IMG/VR virus record: IMGVR_UViG_3300046779_000422
Coordinates: 1 to 26,780 of that record
DNA length: 26,780 bases
DNA from: a virus
Taxonomy: Duplodnaviria > Caudoviricetes
Reading direction: 5' to 3' (one strand)
Made by a program: the position numbers and the translations under genes. Shown one piece after another: positions 1-9,661 of the stretch (positions are counted from its first letter, which is position 1; the number at the start of each line of letters is the position of its first letter). Below the pieces are notes generated by a model, which worked only from the letters and a program-made list of their open reading frames with translations, searched no databases and had not been told where the DNA came from.

Positions 1-323
1 GTGTGGAAGAGTTCTTGGTCATGGAGACCGTGAAGAACACCGCTGGCGAAGGTCTGGCTGAATCGAACGCCTTCATTGGTGGCAAGTCGGCTGCTCTGTA
101 TTACCGTCCCCGCGCTGCGGGCCTGATGGTTCCTTCGGCTGGTTACACCTTCACTTGGGACGAACTGGAAAACGCTTCGGGCCACGGCATCAGCATCAAG
201 TCGTATCGTGGTGACTACCTCGCCATCGACGGCATCGCTGAAGTGCTGGAAGCCAATCTGGCCTACGACCACAAGGTTGTGTCGGCTGATCTGGGCGCTT
301 TCATCGCTACTGTTGTCGCCTAA
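1..323 (+). CDS. Major capsid protein, C-terminal part (truncated by window edge)
   Basis: Strongly biased codon use. GKSAALYY...PSAGYTFTW...DLGAFI resembles C-termini of major capsid protein E-like proteins. Lies just upstream of head-tail connector genes. Confidence 0.75.
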   Translation, partial: VEEFLVMETVKNTAGEGLAESNAFIGGKSAALYYRPRAAGLMVPSAGYTFTWDELENASGHGISIKSYRGDYLAIDGIAEVLEANLAYDHKVVSADLGAFIATVVA

Positions 324-342
324 TAAGTAAGGAGAGGGAAGG

Positions 343-750
343 ATGACCCGACACATTCTTCCCTTCTTCGAATCTTCCCGGCCTGTATTTGTCAAGATTG
401 ATGGGTTGCAAGCTGCTGGTAAGATTTGGAAGAAGGGTGAACGCTTCAATTGGGAGTTCTTCGGAATCCCCCATGACGTAATTCAGACTTTGTTCTTTCA
501 AGATTATCTTCACCACAACGAAGAGTTGGAAGAAGAGGTTGCTAAAAAAGTTATCGTTGGCGATGGCCTAGATGACCTGAGTGTTGAGCAACTTCACATT
601 ATTGTTGGTAAGATCAACGCCAAGGTCAAAGAGAAGACTAAAAACACTTCTGAGTTCATGCAGAAAAAGTGCGCTCAGTCCAATATTAAGAACAAACAGA
701 TTGGACACATCCGTAAGTGGCGAACTTCTTACGGTGAACTTGAAAACTAA
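343..750 (+). CDS. Hypothetical protein (135 aa) after capsid gene
   Basis: SD-like AAGGAGAGGGAAGG before ATG; fills the gap between capsid and adaptor genes. Confidence 0.75.
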   Translation: MTRHILPFFESSRPVFVKIDGLQAAGKIWKKGERFNWEFFGIPHDVIQTLFFQDYLHHNEELEEEVAKKVIVGDGLDDLSVEQLHIIVGKINAKVKEKTKNTSEFMQKKCAQSNIKNKQIGHIRKWRTSYGELEN

Positions 751-765
751 GACAGAGGGACGGCT

Positions 766-1239
766 ATGGCGTGGTCTTATGATGCTTCTAATTTGAACAC
801 TACGACTGCCTCTGGCCGTCTCAATTCTGTAAGGTTCCTTGTTGGTGATACCGATACTTCGGACCAACTTGTGCAGAATGAAGAGATTAACTTCGGGCTT
901 TCTCAAACAGGCGACGACATCTACAAAGCCGCTTCTTGGGTTTGTCGTGGTATTGTTGCAAAGTTCAGCCGTCTGGTTGATACGCAACTTGATGGCGCTT
1001 TGAGTGCCAAATATAGCGACAAGGTTAAACAGTATCAAACCTTGGCTGTTCAGATCGAAAACCAAGGCAAGAAAGTCTCTGGGAAATCTCTTGGTGTGTT
1101 TGCTGGTGGCGTTTCTGTCTCTGACATGGGTGTTGCCAACGAAGACACGGATCGCTTTGTTCCTGCCTTTGGCATCAACACCTTTGATAACGTAGAGGCA
1201 GGGGACAACTACATCCCTGATGAGCCAAATGGCATTTGA
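766..1239 (+). CDS. Head-tail adaptor/connector protein
   Basis: MAWSYD...VRFLVGDTD...DQLVQNEEI pattern typical of siphovirus adaptors; SD GAGGG; synteny. Confidence 0.7.
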   Translation: MAWSYDASNLNTTTASGRLNSVRFLVGDTDTSDQLVQNEEINFGLSQTGDDIYKAASWVCRGIVAKFSRLVDTQLDGALSAKYSDKVKQYQTLAVQIENQGKKVSGKSLGVFAGGVSVSDMGVANEDTDRFVPAFGINTFDNVEAGDNYIPDEPNGI

Positions 1240-1591
1240 TCCGTATTCTCTGAGACAGATGATTAAGGAGCATGGGATTAGCCTCACGCTTCGTAAGCGG
1301 GCCGCTAGTGCCTATGATAACGACACAGGGACAATCACTCAGACAAACACAGACTACACTGTGCGTGGCTATTTCTACGACTATACGCCGGATATGGTTG
1401 ATGGTGAATCTATCCTCCGTGGTGATCGTCGTGTTGTCCTTGATTGCAAACAGACGAACAATTCCGCTACCCCTGAACCTGATGCCACAGACCAGATCAT
1501 TGGCCTTGGCGACACAGTGAACATTGTTAAGGTCATGGAGATTAAGTCTAGCACTAATACCATGTGCTATCTGCTACAAGTGAGGGAATAA
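1229..1591 (+). CDS. Head closure/stopper protein
   Basis: AYDNDTG...DGESILRGDRRV...YLLQVR pattern; synteny. Alternative start at 1220. Confidence 0.65.
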   Translation: MAFDPYSLRQMIKEHGISLTLRKRAASAYDNDTGTITQTNTDYTVRGYFYDYTPDMVDGESILRGDRRVVLDCKQTNNSATPEPDATDQIIGLGDTVNIVKVMEIKSSTNTMCYLLQVRE

Positions 1592-1592
1592 A

Positions 1593-2018
1593 ATGGTCCA
1601 GCGTTCCTTTGCTTCATTGCTCAAAAAAGTTGAAGATGACTTGGACGCTGTTAGAGACGAGTTTCTTAGACGGGTGGCAGAAGACCTTGTTAATTCCTCC
1701 CCTGTGTTAACCGGGACATATGTTAGAAACCACAGCATTACCACTTCAACAGGTTCTGGTGGTAAACAAAGTTCTCACGGTAAACCAAGAGATAACGGTT
1801 CTGCAAGGTCTGATGCACAAAATAAACTGAACGAACAAATTGCGGCCTTACCGAAAGAGACTACAACAGTCTATATTGCCAATAGAAGCCCCCACGCTAA
1901 TAGAGTAGAGTATGGTGGTTGGTCTGGCAAAGGTCCATATGCGGTTTACTCTGGTGTTAAATCTAGAGCCAAATACCATCTACAAAACGCTGTAAGTATC
2001 GTGAAGGGTAGGCAATGA
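1593..2018 (+). CDS. Neck/tail completion protein (HK97 gp10-like)
   Basis: SPVLTG...YIANRSPHANRVEYG motifs; synteny. Confidence 0.7.
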   Translation: MVQRSFASLLKKVEDDLDAVRDEFLRRVAEDLVNSSPVLTGTYVRNHSITTSTGSGGKQSSHGKPRDNGSARSDAQNKLNEQIAALPKETTTVYIANRSPHANRVEYGGWSGKGPYAVYSGVKSRAKYHLQNAVSIVKGRQ

Positions 2019-2497
2019 CAATCATTAATGATATTCGGGCTTGCCTAGATACGCATCTGTCAGGAACGGTTGGTGTCCCCGCTATCGCTAGGCAGAATGT
2101 TCCCTATGAACCAACAACAGGAACGACTTTCATCAAAGCAGACCTTATCCCAACGTCAAGGCGTCCTGCTGCAAGGGGTCTTAACCCGCAACAAAGATAT
2201 GATGGAATTTACAACCTTCTGATCTTTACCCCTGAAGGGATGGGTCCGGGTGCTGGTTATGATGTGGCAGACTTGTTGCTTGATAGGTTTAACTCCACAA
2301 CAGACATCCTTTACACTAACCCCACAGACACAATCTTGCAAGAAAGTGGCGATAGGCTTCTTTTAGAGAGTGGGGATAGGTTGCTTCTTGGAAGCCCTAC
2401 GATTGTGTCAATTGACTACTCCGAAGTCAGGACAAGTTTCCTTGACTCCCCTTTTTACTGCACACCCGTAATTGTTGCGTGGTATATCTACAATTAA
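2015..2497 (+). CDS. Tail terminator protein with short internal repeat insertion
   Basis: Directly before tail tube; QNVPYEP...GIYNLLIFTPEGMGPG pattern; ATGA overlap with previous gene. Confidence 0.65.
   Translation: MTIINDIRACLDTHLSGTVGVPAIARQNVPYEPTTGTTFIKADLIPTSRRPAARGLNPQQRYDGIYNLLIFTPEGMGPGAGYDVADLLLDRFNSTTDILYTNPTDTILQESGDRLLLESGDRLLLGSPTIVSIDYSEVRTSFLDSPFYCTPVIVAWYIYN
2342..2389 (+). repeat. Imperfect 2 x 24 bp tandem repeat encoding ESGDRLLL twice
   Basis: gaaagtggcgataggcttctttta / gagagtggggataggttgcttctt. Confidence 0.85.
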
Positions 2498-2512
2498 CAA
2501 AGGAAACTTACA

Positions 2513-3436
2513 ATGCCCTTAGCACAAGGTAGCCGTTCTGGCCTTTCTTATGTTGCAGAGTCGACTTACGGCACTACGCCGGGGACACCTTCTCTGATCC
2601 AACTGCCCTACACCACCAACTCGCTGAACCTGACGAAAGAGCGTGTTCAAGGTAACGACCTGCAACCCGACCGTATGCCCCGTGTTGACCGTCATGGCAA
2701 CCGCTCTGTGGCTGGCGATATTGTGGTTGACCTGCGTAAAGGCGACTACGATGCCTTCCTTGAATCGGCCTTTATGAACACCTTCAGCACGAACACGCTG
2801 AAGATCGGTTCCACGATCAAGTCGTTCTCGATTGAAGACGCTGCCACAGACATCACGCAGTTCCGCCTGTTCACTGGTTGTGTTGTTTCTCAGACCGCTT
2901 TCTCTATCAAGCCGAACCAGATGGTTACGACCACGTTCAGCATGATCGGTAAGAACATGTCGATTTCTGGCTCTTCGGTTGATGCCGTCAAGACTGCTGC
3001 TTCTAGCAACCAGCCGTTTGACGCCTATTCGGGCGCTCTGTCGATTGGTGATGCTGGTGGCTCTCTGACGTCATCTGCCATCGTGACAGGTATTGACTTC
3101 AGCGTCAACAATGCTCTGGCTTCGCGCTTTGTGGTTGGTTCTTCGACCACTGCTGAACTGGAATATGGCATGGCTACGGTTGAAGGCACGATCACTGCCT
3201 ATTTTGAAGATGCGGCTCTGATTAACCGCTTCATCAACGAAACCGAAACCGCCCTGCAAGTCTCGGTGGACGACCCCACTGGTTCTTCGGATTACACCTT
3301 CCTCTTCCCCCGTGTGAAGATTAACGGTGCTGAAGTCCCGGTCGATGGTCCGACCTCGCGCATCATCACCCTTCCCTTCGTGGCTCTGTATGACACCACT
3401 GAAGGCACCAACATTAAACTGACCCGCTCGGTTTAA
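2513..3436 (+). CDS. Major tail tube protein
   Basis: 307 aa, Ser/Thr-rich, highly biased codons; YVAESTYGTTP and EGTITAYFED motifs; SD AAGGA; followed by chaperone and tape measure genes. Confidence 0.85.
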   Translation: MPLAQGSRSGLSYVAESTYGTTPGTPSLIQLPYTTNSLNLTKERVQGNDLQPDRMPRVDRHGNRSVAGDIVVDLRKGDYDAFLESAFMNTFSTNTLKIGSTIKSFSIEDAATDITQFRLFTGCVVSQTAFSIKPNQMVTTTFSMIGKNMSISGSSVDAVKTAASSNQPFDAYSGALSIGDAGGSLTSSAIVTGIDFSVNNALASRFVVGSSTTAELEYGMATVEGTITAYFEDAALINRFINETETALQVSVDDPTGSSDYTFLFPRVKINGAEVPVDGPTSRIITLPFVALYDTTEGTNIKLTRSV

Positions 3437-3454
3437 TCTAATCCCGCAAGGGTA

Positions 3455-3497
3455 GGGTGGTTCGACTTGTCGGGGGTTGACCACCCGCTTTAATTTT
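3455..3497 (+). terminator. Stem-loop/attenuator-like terminator after tail tube gene
   Basis: gggtgg (3455-3460) pairs with ccaccc (3481-3486), extended by tcgac/gttga, followed by gctttaatttt. Confidence 0.55.
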
Positions 3498-3532
3498 ACC
3501 CCGACACATAACCCAACAAGGACATTCCCGAC

Positions 3533-3934
3533 ATGGCCGACCTGTTTAATCTCATCCCTACGGATGATACTATCACTATCACTATTCGTCACCCTATCAC
3601 TGACGAGGTTCTGACCAAAGATGATGGCAAAGAGATGACCATCACTGTCTATGCACCTCACTCGGCTCAGTATAAGGCTGTTATGCACGAACAGACCAAC
3701 AAGCGTCTGCAAAAGGCTTCCAAGACCAAACGCTTCACAATGACCGCTGAAGATATTGAGGTTGCAAGCCTTGAAGTTCTTTCCAAGACCACAAAAGATT
3801 GGAATATCCAACTTAATGGAAAGACACCGAAATTCTCCGAGAAAGAAGCTATGGAGATTTACTCCAAACTCCCGTGGCTCAAGCAACAAATCCTTGAAGG
3901 TCAAGAGGATTACTCTGCTTTTTTGAAGAACTGA
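3533..3934 (+). CDS. Tail assembly chaperone (lambda gpG-like)
   Basis: Between tail tube and tape measure; ends in slippery T TTT TTG. Confidence 0.85.
   Translation: MADLFNLIPTDDTITITIRHPITDEVLTKDDGKEMTITVYAPHSAQYKAVMHEQTNKRLQKASKTKRFTMTAEDIEVASLEVLSKTTKDWNIQLNGKTPKFSEKEAMEIYSKLPWLKQQILEGQEDYSAFLKN
3919..3925 (+). other. Programmed -1 ribosomal frameshift site T_TTT_TTG
   Basis: X XXY YYZ heptamer in frame with the chaperone; -1 frame is open from 3925 to the stop at 4281. Confidence 0.8.
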
Positions 3935-4281
3935 TCCTTGACCTAGAGGCATATGCAGAGTGGGATTTCAAACTCTCTGTGCCTGACAAAGACGGGGTTC
4001 CTCAAAGAGAACACTTATTAGAAGTTGAAAGGCAGATCGGACAGACACCACTAGCTTTGCAGGGACCAGAGTTTCCTGAGTTATTGGATCACGTCTGGTC
4101 TGCCTTTCTTTCTTTGAACAGAACTCGTGGTCAAGGGTTCAGCGGACCAGCATCAATCACCTATCAAGACATAAAGACTTGGCAGGAAATGACAGGGCAT
4201 AGGCTCCTTCCTTGGGAAGTTGATGTGGTTATCCGACTTGATACATTATTTTTGAAGGTTGTGAGCGATGGCAGACATTGA
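3925..4281 (+). CDS. Tail assembly chaperone, frameshifted extension (gpT-like)
   Basis: -1 frame reads EELILDLEAYAEWDFKLSVPDKDG...; HVWSAFLSL...ITYQDIKTW...PWEVDVVIRLD is typical of gpT-like proteins. Confidence 0.8.
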   Translation, partial: EELILDLEAYAEWDFKLSVPDKDGVPQREHLLEVERQIGQTPLALQGPEFPELLDHVWSAFLSLNRTRGQGFSGPASITYQDIKTWQEMTGHRLLPWEVDVVIRLDTLFLKVVSDGRH

Positions 4282-6538
4282 TATTCTTGTTGATAGCACT
4301 CAAGTTAAAACTGCTAAACAAGAACTTGCCGAACTCGGCAACTCTTTTAACTCTGCAGCTAAGTCTGCTTCGATCTTCATGCAGGCTTTCCAGAAGGCGG
4401 CTGCTCAATCCGCCCGTGACACGCAATACATCCGTGAAGCCTCTAGGGCTTATCAAGAACTCATTAACACTAACCTGAAGATTACAAACTCTTACAGTTC
4501 CGCTGAAGCATCTGCTAAGGCGATGGTTGAGGGTTTGCGGCAACAAGAGGCTCAAGCCCTTAAGACTGCTAGGGCTAATCAAGAGTTAATCAACGCTCAA
4601 CTTGGTGTTGGTGGACCTTCAGCTACGTCTGGTGGTGCTAGTTTCTCTGCTATGGAAGCTGAGATTAACTCTCTTGCCACACGATATAACTCTGTCTATG
4701 CGGCCTCGCAACTCTACGAAAAAGAACTTCAGAGCCTCAATAGGGCTAATCAACTTGGTGTGATTTCTACCAAGCAGTATGAAGCTGAGTTGGAGCGTCT
4801 TAACGCAGAGTATCAACAGTATGCTAACTCTGCGGAAGGGGCAGCTATTGCTAATAACAGGTTTGCTGCTCATGTGAACGCCACAAAGAGTGGTTTGAAC
4901 AACTTCGGTGTTGTTGCCCAGCAAGTCGGCTATCAGGTTGGTGACTTCTTCGTTCAAATCCAGTCTGGAACCAGTGCTTTTGTGGCATTTGGTCAACAAG
5001 CCACACAGTTGGCTGGTCTTATCCCCGGTATTGGTGGTGCTATTGCTGGTATCGGTATCTCTGTGGTTACAGCCTTTTTGTCGTTCAGAGAAAAAGCCCT
5101 TGAAGCTGCGGAAGGCACCAAAGAACTTGATGAGGCTGTCAAATCTCTGGATGAAAGCCTGAAGGAGTATTTTCGGACTCAAGAACTAGCAAGCCTCGGT
5201 ATTACACCAGATCAACAAACCGCTTTGGAAGCCTTGACACGGGCGCAAAATGATTTGGCAGATGCTCAAGAGAGATTACTAAATCCATCTGCAAGAACTG
5301 GTGGTGCTACATCAGGTGCCTTAAGGGATATTGCTGCTGCAACACAAGAAATCGCTGACGCTGAAGAACGTATCCTTCAGGTCAGATTGCGTATGGCAGA
5401 TGCATTGACCACTGAAATCAACGATCTAGCATACGCCCACCAGTTAGAGATGGCTAGGATTGAGTTTGGTGAAGATAGCCTTGTTTATAAGGATTTAGCA
5501 ATTGAAGCTGATCGGCGGGCTTTCGTTGAACGGGTTCGTGCGTTAGATATTGAAGAGAGTATGCAAAATGCTCTTATCCGAAACTACGATCACTTTAAGG
5601 CGCAAGAACAAGAGCTTCAAAAAACCACAGATCGTGCCAGAGAACTTGCAACTCTAATGGAAGAGTTCCACGGCAAAGAGTTCCAAGTTATCTTAAATGT
5701 TAATGCAAGACTCCCTGAGTGGATGGGTGATGTTCAGAATACTTTGGCTGCCCTTCAGGGTGGGTATGATCCTAACAACATCCCAAGGCCAATGCCTAGA
5801 CCTGTTGACACTGTTAACAATGAGTTGTTCCTTCCTGCTGAAACCAGTGGTGGTGGAACCGACCTAACCGACAGACTTCAAAGCGACCTTGACTCTCTTC
5901 GTCAATTCCTGATGGATGCTAAAGAAGCTGAAATGACCTCTTATCAAGAGCGTCAGGATACTCTGCAACAAGCCTTGGAACAGAAGTTAATCACCATTCA
6001 AGAGTATAATGAACTTGAAAGGGAATTGACTGAAAAGCACAACCAAGTTGTTGCTGAGATTGATGCTAAGAGGCGCTTCCAAACTCTGCAAGAGATGGGA
6101 ACTTTCTTTGGTGCTATGGCTAACTTGGCTCAGGCTGGTGGTCAGAAGTATATCAAAGTTGCTAGGGTTCTGGGTGCTACAGAAGCCTTGATTAACACCT
6201 TTATCGCTCAGAGCCAAGTTCTTCGTGATCCGAACCTTGGTTTCTTCGGTAAGATGGCTGCTTATGCTGCTATCGGTGCTGCTGGTCTTGGTCTTGTAGC
6301 CTCTCTGCGTAGTGGTTCAGATTCGGCCAGTGCTGCTGGTGGCGGTGGTGGGGGCGGTATGCCTAAAGGCTCTGCTACAGTTGCCTCTAACACAGGAACC
6401 CCCGGCCCTGCCCAAACGGTCTACATCAGTGGCCTTGACCCCAATGCACTGTTCACTGGTGAGCAACTTGCTAACCTGTTTGACAGCTTCTATAAAGAAA
6501 ACGACAACCGTGGAAAAGTATTCGTAGTAGCGAGATAA
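4268..6538 (+). CDS. Tail tape measure protein
   Basis: 756 aa, Ala-rich and helical; QQVGYQVGDFFVQIQSGTSAFVAFGQQATQL lambda-family TMP motif; synteny. Confidence 0.9.
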   Translation: MADIDILVDSTQVKTAKQELAELGNSFNSAAKSASIFMQAFQKAAAQSARDTQYIREASRAYQELINTNLKITNSYSSAEASAKAMVEGLRQQEAQALKTARANQELINAQLGVGGPSATSGGASFSAMEAEINSLATRYNSVYAASQLYEKELQSLNRANQLGVISTKQYEAELERLNAEYQQYANSAEGAAIANNRFAAHVNATKSGLNNFGVVAQQVGYQVGDFFVQIQSGTSAFVAFGQQATQLAGLIPGIGGAIAGIGISVVTAFLSFREKALEAAEGTKELDEAVKSLDESLKEYFRTQELASLGITPDQQTALEALTRAQNDLADAQERLLNPSARTGGATSGALRDIAAATQEIADAEERILQVRLRMADALTTEINDLAYAHQLEMARIEFGEDSLVYKDLAIEADRRAFVERVRALDIEESMQNALIRNYDHFKAQEQELQKTTDRARELATLMEEFHGKEFQVILNVNARLPEWMGDVQNTLAALQGGYDPNNIPRPMPRPVDTVNNELFLPAETSGGGTDLTDRLQSDLDSLRQFLMDAKEAEMTSYQERQDTLQQALEQKLITIQEYNELERELTEKHNQVVAEIDAKRRFQTLQEMGTFFGAMANLAQAGGQKYIKVARVLGATEALINTFIAQSQVLRDPNLGFFGKMAAYAAIGAAGLGLVASLRSGSDSASAAGGGGGGGMPKGSATVASNTGTPGPAQTVYISGLDPNALFTGEQLANLFDSFYKENDNRGKVFVVAR

Positions 6539-6540
6539 AG

Positions 6541-7881
6541 ATGACTATTAAGATTGAAAATACCCCGACAAGTCAAGATAGTCTTCCTACGATCTTGTGG
6601 AATAATATTTTCGCAAGTGGAACTCTCACAGCCTCTAGTGAAGCGACAGACTATCCTAAAGAGAATGCAGTTTCTGAAGCAACCTATAACGCTTGGAAAC
6701 CTACAACTCTTCCGGCTAGTCTGTCGATTGACAAAGGTGTTGCTACGGCTGCTGACTCCTTTGCTGTTGTTGCCCATGATCTTGGGACAAAGGGTTTAAC
6801 TGTTTCTCTGCAATCCTCTACTGACAACACAACTTGGACAACTCGTTGTGTTGTCTCTCCATCAAACAACACAAGTATCTTGGGTCTTTTCCCAAGTGTC
6901 TCTGCTCGTTATTGGAGACAGCAGTTCTCTGTCAAGAACATCCTGACTTATACGGAACAAGCAGATAATGCTATCTGGACTAAGAACAACGTCACGATCA
7001 CAGCCAATAGTGCAGTTGCACCAGACGGAACAACAACCGCTGATTCCATTGTTGAGACAGTGACGGCAGGAGATGCCTTCCATGAAATCCGACAGACTGC
7101 CTCCTGCACAGCCTCCACTGTTTATGTGGCTAGTGCTTATGTGAAAGCTGTTGTTGGTGGACGACCTGTTATCAGACTTCGCCTTGGCGATAGTTCTGGT
7201 CTACTTAACACTTGTGTTGTTACTTTAAGTAATGGTGCAGTGACTAGCCCAGACTCCACTAAGGGTGTCATTGACATTGGTAATGGCTGGTATCGTGTTT
7301 GGTGTTATGCCACAACAAATGCTGCTGCGACTACTATCAACACTTCTATCCAGATGATGAGTGACACCAGCGACTTCTTTTATCCGGGTGATGGAACATC
7401 TTCTGTCTTGACTTGGGGTTCTCAGATTGAGTTGGGATCGTATCCCTCAGACTACTTCGCTGTTGCAGCCGCTGCTACTGGAAATCAACCCATCGTTGGT
7501 GTAGCTATGGCTGGCACTAGGTTCAACTTCCCTGCTGGGGTTGTTGCTCCTTATAAGCCTGTGTGGTTGTCTCAAACTTATCAATTACTAACTGCTACCA
7601 CACTTGGTGGTCAGTTCCTTGGAAATCGTGTCCTGCGAACTGGCGGTCAGACTTCCATCAATCTGGTGGCTGTTGATCGGACCTTTGGTGAAACTACAAT
7701 TCTTCCTTTCCGTGAGCATTTCAATTCTGGTAAGGCTTTTGTGTGGGCTGCTGGTCCTTCTGTCTTTAGTAAAGATGTTGGCTATGTGTGGCGCACAGAG
7801 GGTTCTGTCCTTGCACCAACCTTCGATGAAACTGGTATCTGGATGAGTGTGGGTATGGAGGTTTATGCTTATGGCGAGTAG
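6541..7881 (+). CDS. Distal tail protein with inserted beta-sandwich (carbohydrate-binding-like) domain
   Basis: Immediately after TMP; Thr/Ser-rich; central module NILTYTEQ...APDGTTTAD...NGWYRVW...WGSQIE. Confidence 0.6.
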   Translation: MTIKIENTPTSQDSLPTILWNNIFASGTLTASSEATDYPKENAVSEATYNAWKPTTLPASLSIDKGVATAADSFAVVAHDLGTKGLTVSLQSSTDNTTWTTRCVVSPSNNTSILGLFPSVSARYWRQQFSVKNILTYTEQADNAIWTKNNVTITANSAVAPDGTTTADSIVETVTAGDAFHEIRQTASCTASTVYVASAYVKAVVGGRPVIRLRLGDSSGLLNTCVVTLSNGAVTSPDSTKGVIDIGNGWYRVWCYATTNAAATTINTSIQMMSDTSDFFYPGDGTSSVLTWGSQIELGSYPSDYFAVAAAATGNQPIVGVAMAGTRFNFPAGVVAPYKPVWLSQTYQLLTATTLGGQFLGNRVLRTGGQTSINLVAVDRTFGETTILPFREHFNSGKAFVWAAGPSVFSKDVGYVWRTEGSVLAPTFDETGIWMSVGMEVYAYGE

Positions 7882-9649
7882 AGAACCTATCCAGATCGTA
7901 GAGATTGATGTTGACTATTGCACCTTGACCTATGGGACGGCCCCCTGCACGGCTGTCCTTGGGACTACAGGCACCTATAAGTGTTTCAACACCTACGCTA
8001 CCTGTCAGGCTAAGACGGCTTTCACGAAGTCTGCAAAGACTCTGCGGTTTGTTAACAACAGGGCAAATCTTCCTAAAGGTCTTGTGGCTTTCCCTTGCCT
8101 TAACGAGAATGGTATCACTGCTTTCTCTTCGACGGTGAACATTGCTGGTTCTGACGATAAGATGAGTGCCTTTGGTCGTCGTGCAACAGTATCTGTCAAG
8201 TTGATGGATTTTGTTTACGACGATATTGGTTTTGATAAGTATCAGAGCCAACGTATAAGCGGTGCTGCCCAAACTGGTGGTGTTGGTTATGATCCAATCA
8301 CCAAGGGGACTTTCTTCACTAAGCTGAAGTCTCGTTTCCCTTACTACGCTGGTCGGGCGCTTCGTGTCATTGACGGTTATATTGATGATGGTGTTCTGTC
8401 TGACACTAAGACGCGCAACTTCATCATCACTGACATGAATGGCCCTGACAACAGTGGTAATGTTGTTTTTGAAGCCAAGGACGTTCTGGCTCTGGCTGAC
8501 AATGACAAAGCTGTTGTTCCCAAGGCTGGTCGTGGCAAGTTGGGTGCTAACGTGACTGCTGCTGTTGGTCAAACCTTCTCCCTGACACCTGCGGGTATCG
8601 AGTCTGAATACCCTGCCTCTGGTTGGGCTATTATTGGCTCTGAGATTGTGGCTTTCACTCGTGCTGCTGCTGTCATCACCTTGACGCAACGGGGTCTGTA
8701 TGGGACTGTGGCTGCTACACACAACATCAACGACACCTTCCAGCTTTGCTACAATGTAGTGAACCAAAGGGTTGATGATCTTATCTACGACCTGCTTGTT
8801 AACTACGCTGGTGTCCCTGCCTCTTATTGCAACCTGTCTACTGATTGGAAGACAGAGGTTGACACTTGGTTGTCTGGCTTGTTACTGAACACTGTTATTG
8901 CCAAACCCACTGGTGTGGCTCAGTTGATTGGTGAACTTGCCATTCTTGGCATTTCTATCTGGTGGGATGAAGTCAACCAAAAAGTCAGATTGCTGGTCAA
9001 TCACCCTGCCACAAGTGCTGCGACAACACCAATCTCCGACAGGAATAATGTCAAGAAGATTGTTCAAGAAGATCGAGATGAGGATCGTTTAACTCAAATT
9101 CACTTCTACAGTAAGCAGACTGACCCTACCAAGGACTACAAGTCCAAGGACAACTACAACCAAATCAATGTGACCATTGACACAGATGCTGAAAACACCA
9201 ATGCCTACGGCACACCGATTATTAAAGAGGTGTTTTGTCGTTGGTTGAATAATGGTGGTGCTGATGCCTTTGTGACCTCTATCTCTCAAAGACTGTTAAG
9301 CAGGTTTAACACTGCACCCAAGAGGTATACAATCCTCTTAGACGCTAAAGACAGAGACTTGGGCTTGGCAGAGGTTCTTAGCCTAGATAGCAGAATTGTT
9401 ACTGATCCTACGGGCAATGTTGTCACAACTCTGTTGCAGGTCATCAAGACTACAGAGAAACGATCTGGGCATGAATATGAGGTTGTTGCTCAAGCCTTCC
9501 AATACGATGGTCGGTATGGTTTCATCACCTCTAATACAACACCTGTTTATAGTCTTGCAACAGACGATCAGAAAAGGGTTGGTGCTTTCTTTGTAAATGA
9601 ATCAACCTTACTGTTTTCTGACGGCAGTGCGCCATATGCCCTAATTTAA
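7871..9649 (+). CDS. Baseplate hub/tail tip protein
   Basis: MASREPIQIVEIDVDYCTLTYGTAPC...KCFNTYATC Cys-containing N-terminus; synteny; SD GGAGG upstream of ATG 7871. Confidence 0.7.
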   Translation: MASREPIQIVEIDVDYCTLTYGTAPCTAVLGTTGTYKCFNTYATCQAKTAFTKSAKTLRFVNNRANLPKGLVAFPCLNENGITAFSSTVNIAGSDDKMSAFGRRATVSVKLMDFVYDDIGFDKYQSQRISGAAQTGGVGYDPITKGTFFTKLKSRFPYYAGRALRVIDGYIDDGVLSDTKTRNFIITDMNGPDNSGNVVFEAKDVLALADNDKAVVPKAGRGKLGANVTAAVGQTFSLTPAGIESEYPASGWAIIGSEIVAFTRAAAVITLTQRGLYGTVAATHNINDTFQLCYNVVNQRVDDLIYDLLVNYAGVPASYCNLSTDWKTEVDTWLSGLLLNTVIAKPTGVAQLIGELAILGISIWWDEVNQKVRLLVNHPATSAATTPISDRNNVKKIVQEDRDEDRLTQIHFYSKQTDPTKDYKSKDNYNQINVTIDTDAENTNAYGTPIIKEVFCRWLNNGGADAFVTSISQRLLSRFNTAPKRYTILLDAKDRDLGLAEVLSLDSRIVTDPTGNVVTTLLQVIKTTEKRSGHEYEVVAQAFQYDGRYGFITSNTTPVYSLATDDQKRVGAFFVNESTLLFSDGSAPYALI

Positions 9650-9661
9650 GGAAACCCGGCA

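Noticed and set aside
568-1287. 239-aa antisense ORF
   Set aside because: Shadow of structural genes; no motifs.
3071-3952. 293-aa antisense ORF
   Set aside because: Opposite the codon-biased tail tube and chaperone genes; no recognisable features.
7766-8767. 333-aa antisense ORF
   Set aside because: Shadow frame of the hub gene.
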